Source of the DNA: the human T2T-CHM13v2.0 reference genome, Homo sapiens
DNA: 64,000 nucleotides
NCBI RefSeq assembly: GCF_009914755.1
Contig: NC_060947.1
Strand: one strand, 5' to 3'
A model generated the notes under the pieces. The model saw only the letters and a list, made by a program, of their open reading frames with translations, had not been told where the DNA came from and did not search any database. The first letter of the stretch is position 1; each line of letters starts with the position of its first letter. Below are positions 53,801 to 64,000 of the stretch, piece after piece. The translations under genes were made by a program, and so were the position numbers.

Positions 53801-56542
53801 TATTATGTACAGAATCAAAGATTTAAAAAAGTATACAAGATACAAATACCCAGTTAAATCTATAGTTAGGCATTTGAGACTTAAAAAACAATTTGGTGGG
53901 ACTCTTTACTGAAGTATTAAAAAACCAGAATTCTATCTCACATCTATTTCACCTACTGTGACCCAGTATCTAAATATGTCAGTATACTTCTCTTCTTATG
54001 CTCACATAGGAAAAAATTGGATTGAAATGCTTAGGACACACTGGAAACTAGATGAATTTAGAGCTTTTAGAGGAAAAACACCTTGCCACAGATCTCCCCT
54101 GAACCAGCCAAGTTAATTAATCTTGGTTTTTGTTGTTGCTCTTGCTGTTGTTTTACCATAGTTATGCAAAAGTAATGCTGCAAGTACAGACCAAAGCCCC
54201 AGAGGAGGTAGTTGAAGTTCAGCAAAATAGATTTACCAAATCCATTTGTGTTTGCCTGGTTTTATGTTGGCATTTAGAGTCTATCTTTATTTTGGTAGCT
54301 TTGTAGCCTGAGAGTGAGAGAGAATATATGTGTATAGGTATGTTTATATGTATTGCTGACAAATTCAAAGACATTTGATTAAATATGCTTTATGTAAGAA
54401 GTGAAAAGTATTGTGTATATTTTTTCTTTTTCTGTGGATTACAATATCTTCATTTCTGTGGTTACTTTTTGCAAAAGATTAGTCCAGATTCATCACTCTA
54501 GTTTCTAAGAGGAATGAAAGACAATTTAAAGCTAAATTCAAATTCTATGTAAGTAGTATAATCTGATGAACACACCCTTTTATCCCAAATTTAGAGCAAC
54601 AAATGTTTTATTTAATTTGAGAATATGAGATAGGAAAAGTCCATCATAAAAGTGGTTTCAGAAGCTCAAAATGTTAACTATAGCTTCCATGCGTTACAGT
54701 CCCGTGATGCTCATTTAATTCTAAAGTAAGTCACTGTTGTTTCTAGAAAACTAGTCATAGTTAGACTAATTCCTTTTTGTTGTTGTTCAAAGATTTGAAA
54801 TAAATGCACAAAGTCTTCCTTCTTTGTAGTAGACTAGTATCCTGGTTTCTGCATTTTTCCTGAGGAATTATACTTTAAGACCTAAGATAAACAATGTAGA
54901 AGAATCCTCTAAATGTGACTTGTGGATTCCCTTTGTACAGGACATATTCTTTGGTGTTAATCATGATCCTGAATCATTCCTGCCCCAGCCTTTTGTCTCA
55001 TCTTCCCTATTGTACATTTACAAATTGGCCCTAATGGGTAAGAAAGAAACAGACAACTAAAATAGCTATAAGATGAACAGCAGTTTTTTAAAAAACTTTA
55101 AAATATTTTTCACACTCTACAGGGGAATAAGCAGATAATTTGCATATACACTTGTGGCTCTGTGATGTTTTCATATACCAGAATTTAACACCTTTGCAAA
55201 ATCCTAGCAGAGACCATGGGGATACACAATTAGATGCTTAATCTAAACCTGGAACAATGTGATTTGGGCTGATTTGCAGAGAGACTGTAAAAGCTGAAAA
55301 ATCAGTTTGACAACGTTCCTGCTGGGATTGGCCTGCAATAAATGTTTGCAGTGGTATTTGGAGGCCATGCCAGTTTATTCAGATCACTGGGGCTTAGGAG
55401 ATGATGCCTACAGTAAAACTTGAGTTCACTGCTTATCAGGGAATGTGTGAAGGCTCCCAGGCTGAAGGTTCATTAGGTCAGTATGTAAGAGCTGTCAATC
55501 AGACCAAGCTGTCAGGGGAATACTTTTTTAAAAAACAAACAGAAGTAAAATTTTTCTACTTAGGATTTTTCCACATTGCATCCCTTCTGCCATCATATCG
55601 TCCATACAAGAGACAGCCCTTGTGAGAGAGTAGAATATTAGCCCATTGTAATGTTCCGAATGTCAGCCTTTGGCCACCATCACCTATGAGCACGGCTGCT
55701 GCTCTTAGTAATCATTGTGGTCACTTAGGATGAATGGGATAGAATGGTTGTCCAAAGTACATAAGTCTTTAAGGAGTTAAGGACTTGCATCATATTCATT
55801 AGCCCCAGTATTTTACCACTGTGATGGAAACATAGAAGGTGCTCAGATGTTTATTGATCTCAACATCAAGAACAGAAACTACTATATGAATCTAGCATAC
55901 ATATGGCCTTTACCGCCCCATTTCCCATTCTTGGCTTTAACAAAATTTGACAAAATTATTTCCTGTATTTCTTCCATATTGTCAAGCGTGTATTGTTTTA
56001 TAGCTAGAAAACCTATTATTTAGGTTTGATTTTGGTGTATTTACTGATTGAGCATGACTAGAAGAATATTCGAAAGGTCTTTGTGAAAAAAAAAAAAAAA
56101 ACATCGTATTACTTGTAAAGGAAGCCAAGAAGGTTTGGAGGTGCACCGTTTATTAGGTTTTGTGTGAACATTTAACACTAAAACATTAGTTAATATATAT
56201 TAACCATTTAGATGATTGTAAAACATTATATCCATGTGGCAAGTCACTAAATCAAAACACAGGTAACTGGAACAGACTGACAGAAAACACAGTTGGCCTC
56301 ATCAGATACATAGAAACCATAGTAGGATGACCAAGATAAACAGTATAGCTATGAAAACATCAAGTTGATGATAGCATAGACTCTAATTATTATCATCGAT
56401 AGAATGTGAATGTATAATAAAGTGAATTATATAGTTTTTGTTTAACTCTTGTTTTAATTAGCACCAGATTCAGCTACAGTTGTATTTATGAATCTATGTT
56501 AATTTCTAATAATTAGAATGAATTACTTCTTCCTAAGATAAT

Positions 56543-56737
56543 ACTCTTCCTAGAATGGAAATTTAGAAAATATACTCTATTAAATATCAGTTGATTTTCT
56601 TTCCAGGTGGCATCCATTAGGACAAACATTATGAAAAGGCCACTGACCAAAATGTTGATTTCCTAGCTGACACCTGGAAGAAAAATAAACTTATGTTTAA
56701 TGGAATAGACTGTCTAAATCCCTGTTTTGAGAAGAGT
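56543..56737. repeat. Long imperfect inverted repeat (fold-back); arms 56543-56612 and 56668-56737
   Basis: Manual ungapped pairing gives 52/70 Watson-Crick pairs plus 7 G-U; inner pairs TAGGA/TCCTA and AACATT/AATGTT. Confidence 0.88.
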
Positions 56738-57139
56738 TCACATTCATGAATATGTATTCATTGCTGAATTCAATAGATTCGAGTAGTGAAGGACATCCGT
56801 ATCATAGAAAGTCGCATCTATTCATTAACTTACAACTTTCCAAAGAAACAAGCAAGAATGCAGCTTGAGATGGAGTGCTGGCAATACGCAGTTCATTCCT
56901 TTATTATGTGACATGTTTATCATGACCTGCATGATAACTAATGAAATAAATATGAGATTTGTGTATTATCTGTGGCCTAATTTGTTGAACTTCTCATTTT
57001 AAGTTACAGTAGCACAATCCTAAATCAGTATTATAAATGAGCTGTTTATGGTTTTGTCTTATTCAGTGTTCTAGGTGCATTATGTTTTTTTATTTATACA
57101 TTTCAAATAATTTTTCTCTTTATTTCTTCTTTTCTGCAG

Positions 57140-57189
57140 TGGTAAATCATCCCTGTGCAACAAGGGCTAATCCAAGATCAGCTACATAA
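57140..57189 (+). CDS. DIAPH2: DIAPH2 alternative last coding exon (DIA-12C isoform C-terminus)
   Basis: Very strong acceptor TTTTTCTCTTTATTTCTTCTTTTCTGCAG. Phase 1 joins the DAD exon to give (V)VNHPCATRANPRSAT-TAA, matching my recollection of the 12C C-terminus. Confidence 0.92.
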
Positions 57190-57256
57190 ACGGCCTGAGT
57201 GCTGTTTTAAACAGGATTGGGTGATGGTACAACATGACTTTTTAAGATAATCAAGT

Positions 57257-57262
57257 AGTAAA
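57257..57262 (+). terminator. Candidate variant polyadenylation signal AGTAAA for the 12C exon
   Basis: AGTAAA, then CA ~16 nt downstream and a U/GU-rich tract (TTTTGTCTGGTGCTCTTTTCTTTC). Inference only. Confidence 0.35.
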
Positions 57263-58817
57263 AGTTTCTAGTGGAAACATGATATTCATTTTGTCTGGTG
57301 CTCTTTTCTTTCTGCCTAAGGCTTTCTGATAAAATTTATGCTATATGCCCCTTAATACCGATTTCATGATGGTTAACCATATCTATGCCTGGAAAGAAAA
57401 TATAGACTTGGGAAGAAAACAGATATATAGTCTACAATGAATATTTCTAGCTTGCATTCAAGATGACTGTGTTGTGCAGAACATTCTGCCAGGCATTAAG
57501 TGGGATACAAAAGCAGTCTAACATATGATCTCTGTCCTATGAATGTGTTTTTAAAATGTATACTAGTCATTATTGGAGTGACTATTATATAAAGACAAAA
57601 GCCACTAGGGTAGCCATGGTTTTTTGCCAGTTATTAGCCATATATAGTGCGTGCATGCACACATACACACACACATACATATATGTAATATATAATTTTA
57701 GTATATTTAAATTAATCCATATTTTCAAGAACTTCATTAACTTGAACACTCAGAAATACCCTGAGTGTTTTAAGACATAATTGCAAATAACTCATGTAAT
57801 GCGTATATTTTTATATCTTTGCATGTATGAAGTTTATACATTCAGGCTTGTGCAAATGTGTTTATATCATTTGCCTAAGCCCTTGATTATTTACATGTTC
57901 CTATGTGGGATCACAGTCCTTCAGATATGAATCATAGCACAGTGATTTCTTTACATATTCGTATTCTACTATTGAGATACTTTAAGAATCCTGTGAGTTG
58001 TGTACCTGGAAATATAAAATTGATATTATTATTAATCCATTCAGAAATCATATTGGGCAATAGCACTACTACATGTACATTTAGTAGCAAACATAGATAG
58101 AATATTTGGAGATAATGAAGATTTCAATACTGTGTTAAGAAAAAAAAAAAAAACAACCACGCAAGAGACTCGGCTCTTGGCTCTCAGCTCCAAAGCATGT
58201 GAAATATTCAACTTAATAAGAACATAACTGCAGGAAGCACTTCTAGGTCATGGGAGTTGCTATGCACAAAAGAGGTATGGTTGTTCTAGCTCAGAGAAGC
58301 TTCCACATATATTATTTATTGAGGAAGCCTCATTTTAATGCTGTATAGAGAAGCCCGAATGACATACTCTTCACAAGTGGCAGTATTGGTATTACAGCAT
58401 TCCAAGGGTGTGAGACTTAGTTTGGAAATGAACTGAGAAAAAGCAAATAATATTTCTTAACTATTGTAGAAAATGGAGGTGTCGCTAGGAAAATTATATT
58501 TTCCTCTGGTCTTTCTCACCATTTATTTATTCCGCTCACCAAGGACCCTGGCTTTTGAGGAGAGGTCCATGGCTGAGAGAACATTAAAAGGAAAGAGTGA
58601 AAGTGGAGAATGCAGATGCATATTTGGATTCAGGAGGAAGGGGAGGTTCAACAGGTGCCTTCTATAGCAGAGTTGGTTGTTAAGTCACACTACCCACAAC
58701 ATGCTACCCACAATAACCACAGAAGAAAGGTTACACATACATAGGTCTGTTCTCCCTTTTATGCTCACTTACCACACAAATGACATCTTTGTGCCTGTTG
58801 TTCGGGGTCATTGCCTA

Positions 58818-59420
<603 letters not shown>

Positions 59421-60129
59421 TCCTTACAATGTTCCCTTTCACTTAGGGGCTCATGCAAAAGATTTATGATTTCCTTCAGATTTTCTTTGGTCATAGTGCT
59501 CTAAACACTTGTAGCTGAATTTTTAGTTCTTACCTCAAATAAGTCTGATAACACTACTACATTTTTAAAAAATGAGTGATATAATTTGTAGAAATAGTCA
59601 CTGGAATGCTTTTAAGAGATTTCAAATCATAGAGTTGAAAATTCATGCTGTGCTCTAGGCATTATTGATCCTGAGCCATCTCATGCAGGTAGATATAAAT
59701 CCTCTTCTTAAAGATCTCTGGTGAAAAAACACTTTCAGGCTTTTCCATAGTAATTTACCTCATTGCTGAAAATGTTTACAGATAGGTGTATGCACATTGT
59801 TAGGACCAATGACATAATGCCCAGTTGCAGTGAATCAAGCTAATAAAATAATAATCCTTTTTAAAATTATAATCTTCAAAGGGTTTCCGAAAATCACTTA
59901 TAGGAAGTTTATGTGATTTTGCTGTTTCTCTAGGAAAGGCAGTTACGTTTGAATATTTAAATGATCAGGCCTTGTGTGGGTCACACAGGGATTTTTATTT
60001 TGCATTTGGATTCCCTTTATGGTTTAAATCACAGATCTCTACCTTAAATGCAAATGAATGGAGTGTTGAGAATTGACATAATTTTTTAAATTGCCATAGT
60101 TATTTCCAGGGAGCTTTATACCTCAGTAT

Positions 60130-60298
60130 AAGTATCTTATCCTGTATTATAATTGCTTGCTTGTTTGTCCTTCTAACAAGACCATGAGCAATTGGAGGAC
60201 AAGGATTGTGCCTTACTCATCACAGTATCTCTAGTGTTTAGCATAATGCTTGACACACAGGAGTGATCAATAGTTATCTATTGAGTGACTGAATTAAT
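60130..60298 (+). mobile_element. L2 3' end
   Basis: GAGGACAAGGATTGTG...TAGCATAATGCTTGACACACAG...TCAATA...TTGAGTGACTGAAT. Confidence 0.7.
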
Positions 60299-60764
60299 TT
60301 CTCCAATTGATTCTGCTTAGACAGGCCTTTCTCCTACATTCCCCCAAATGCAACCTGCTAATTCACATTTCTCTATCCTGGTTTATGTTATTTCTCTCAA
60401 CTGGAGTGCTCTTTCCTTCTTTTCTCCACTTATATAAGTCCACCTAGTTCTTCCTGGTACAGCTAGTTGCTACATGAGTCCTGTTCTAACTATTCCAGAT
60501 CTCATAGAGTCATGTCCTCCTCATGCCTTGACTCTTTTAGCCTATGGGATGCCCCACACACTTTAGCCCTTTATTATGTGCAGCTTTATATTATTTGCCA
60601 ATTTAAAAAATATTTTTGTCTTGTTTTCCCAACCATTATGAAAAGTAGCCATGTGTTGTATCATTTTCTCTCCCCTTCATAGTGACTTAAGTGTGGAAGA
60701 GACCGTTGGATAACAAACTATGGCCTATAAGCCAAATCCAGTCCAAAACCTAAGAATATTTCTT

Positions 60765-61080
60765 TTTTAAAAAATTAATTAATTAATTAATTTATTTTTG
60801 AGACAGAGTCTTGCTGTGTCGCCCAGGCTGGAGTGCAATGGCGTAATCTCTGCTCACTGCAACCTCCGCCCCCTGGACTCAAGTGATTCTCCTGCCTCAG
60901 CCTCCTGAGTAGCTGGGATTACAGACGCCCGCCACCATGCCCTGCTAACTTTTTGCATTTTTAGTAGAGACGGGGTTTCACCGTGTTGGTCAGGCTTGGT
61001 CTTGAACTCCTGACCTCGTGATCTGCCCGCCTTGGCCTCCCAAAGTGCTGGCATTATAGGTGTGAGCCACCACGCCCAGC
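60765..61080 (-). mobile_element. AluSg-like
   Basis: TSD AAGAATATTTCTT at 60752 and 61081. Confidence 0.93.
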
Positions 61081-61121
61081 AAGAATATTTCTTATGATTT
61101 TAAATGGTAAGAAAACAATCA

Positions 61122-61409
<288 letters not shown>

Positions 61410-61916
61410 CCACAAGAAAAACAATATTTTGTGACATGAAAATTATATGAAATTCAACTCTCCATAAATAAAGTTTTTTGCAACATTGCCACGTTTATTC
61501 ATTTACACATTATTTATGCCTGCTTTTGGGCTACAGCAGTAGAGTTGAGCAATTGTGACAGAGACTCTGTGGCCCACAAAGCCTAAAATATTTACTATCT
61601 GACCCTTTACAGGGAAAGTTTGCCGACTGCTGGAGTAGATCATCAATGAGTACTTACTGGTTAAATAATTCATTGTCTTATGACTCTATTCTATTATGAA
61701 ACAAGATAGTCTGAAAGTACTGTTAATTATGCTGTCTTGCCTTACATAAAGAAAAATAGTAATAAAAGCAACCTCTGGAGAACAGATTATTTTTATCTTT
61801 TAGTTGGTGAAGTATAAAAATTTTCATTTTCTCATTCTCTGGTAAAGTGACTTATAGTGCCCTTATTAGTTTTAAACCTTTTCAAATATGCAGAACCTCT
61901 TCCTGCAGAGATTTTA

Positions 61917-62290
<374 letters not shown>

Positions 62291-64000
62291 CTAGTATTGT
62301 GCAGCCCAGTGATTCCTTGAATCTCCTCTAAATGTAAACCTTGCTTTATTAGAAATGAGAAATCTGATTTGTGGATATGAAGTCTCCGCATCCCCCATAA
62401 CTCCTTGATTCTCCTTTGCCAGGACCTCCCCCCACCCTCCACTTTTGGTTTAATCTAGTTCTTCTAATTAAATATGAGATAATTAAAGTTCACAGAGTTT
62501 AAACCCAGCAGGTTTGATTTAATGATAAAAATCTTGGTTTGTCAGCTTTTCAAGGCATAATCCTGGCTGCTGCCTTATCTGACAGGTAGTCAGCCTAGCA
62601 GGTCTGAGGATGAAAACCAGAGCATCTCATCTTTTCAGGCATGACTTGCTATTTATCTTCTGAGGCATAATTTACAATTGCCCTATAGAAAATGGGTAGG
62701 GTTAAATAAGTAGAAAAGGTCTCCTTTTGCTTTGGCTCAATTAATTCATTTCCTATGCGGTTGTCGATGACTAGGCTTACAAAGTAGACAGATGTATTTC
62801 AAATGAGGAGAAAATGCCCCAAACATAGCATATTTGATTATTGTAAATTATTCCTTTACTCACTGAATATGTAAAGTATGTAAATTTAGTCCTGCTGTCA
62901 AAAGGTAGCTCTGTACCATTAGTTTCTGCAGCAGACAAGGCCTGCTGCATCCTGTACTGCATTTTCAGAGAGATAATTCTAATGACAGCTTGAGCAATTG
63001 CCTTAATGAGCCAGAAAGGTGTTCTTTTTTATTCGTGTTTAGCTGCTTAGAGTCATCTGAAATAGAGATCATCTGTAGATATTACAGAGTGAAAAAAGAC
63101 ATGGGTTATCTTATTAATGTGTTTCTCCAAGCATGCTAAGAATGAACCATCAATCAGGTATTTGCCAAGAAAATAGCTTGTTGTCAGTTCTGTATAGGTG
63201 ATATGGCAACCTGAAATGCAAGTTTAGGTTCTAATTATCATGCTAGCTAAGTAAAAGAGTTGTCAAGTTGCATCTATAAGTCATTTTGGGAAATATTGTA
63301 GGGCTTACCAAATTGATCACAAAATAGCATTAATATTGTAAACCTGAAGTGAACAACATAACCAGTTTTTTAAAAATAAGGCACTCTACTTGAGTCATCA
63401 GGAAAACATTAGAAATCTACCTATGTGCATCATATTATATGTAAAATTTAGTTTAATTGGAGCTTTGTGTTGTTAGAACCCAACACATTAATATTAACAT
63501 TTGAGACAAATTTCCTATCATCTGAGTCTTTCATTCTAAGTGAAATGTCCATATTTTCTCATTAATTTGGGTCTATTTAAAGATCAGTCACATCACAGTA
63601 ACATAAAGATTGGAAAAGTAATGTTCACATTTTAGTTAAAGTCATGAAATATATACCTATAATTGACTATGGTGTTTTGATTTGGTTATAAAGTATAGCT
63701 GTACCTTCCACACGGAGTTAAGAGAAGTCCTGGCTTAACACATTAGTGGTAGAAAGTGTAAGTTTACACTTAAGCCACTCCCCAGCCAAGGATTTGCATA
63801 AAAAATGAGTGAAGTTCAGCTTGGGTTTATGTTAGCAAAATGGCAAATGTAGAGGCACGCTAAAGGTCCTTTCTGCCACCCTTGTATACAATACATGTCT
63901 GCATCTTGCCTAATCTTAATTAAATGTCTTTATTAAATCTTTATTAAATTAATAAAATGTCTTCTGGGTCTGAGGACTGAAATTCTGAAATGTAACCAAT

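Overview
This is human/primate genomic DNA, not prokaryotic. It is AT-rich and CpG-depleted, carries about 30 Alus plus L1, L2, MIR, MaLR/ERV LTRs and DNA-transposon fossils, and is almost entirely intronic. It is the 3' part of the X-linked formin gene DIAPH2 on the + strand. Two coding exons are supported: a 96-nt phase-1/1 exon at 17083-17178 encoding the Diaphanous autoregulatory domain ([32 protein letters not shown]), and the alternative last exon at 57140-57189 (VVNHPCATRANPRSAT*), which I recall as the DIA-12C isoform C-terminus. The rest of the ORF track is L1 ORF2 debris, Alu-derived or chance ORFs. Best unexplained signals: (1) a ~195-bp ungapped fold-back ~400 nt upstream of the 12C acceptor that contains a cryptic acceptor and an AATAAA; (2) a 110-bp, ~90%-identical non-tandem duplication whose copies each abut a minus-strand splice-site-like sequence; (3) in-phase candidate cryptic/poison exons at 19048 and 31360; (4) an octamer/ARE/20-bp-palindrome cluster upstream of the DAD exon; (5) several nested or closely inverted Alus. 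Repeat subfamily names come from remembered consensus sequences, and boundaries of old repeats are approximate. Nothing here demonstrates a new biological system; the findings are hypotheses to test.
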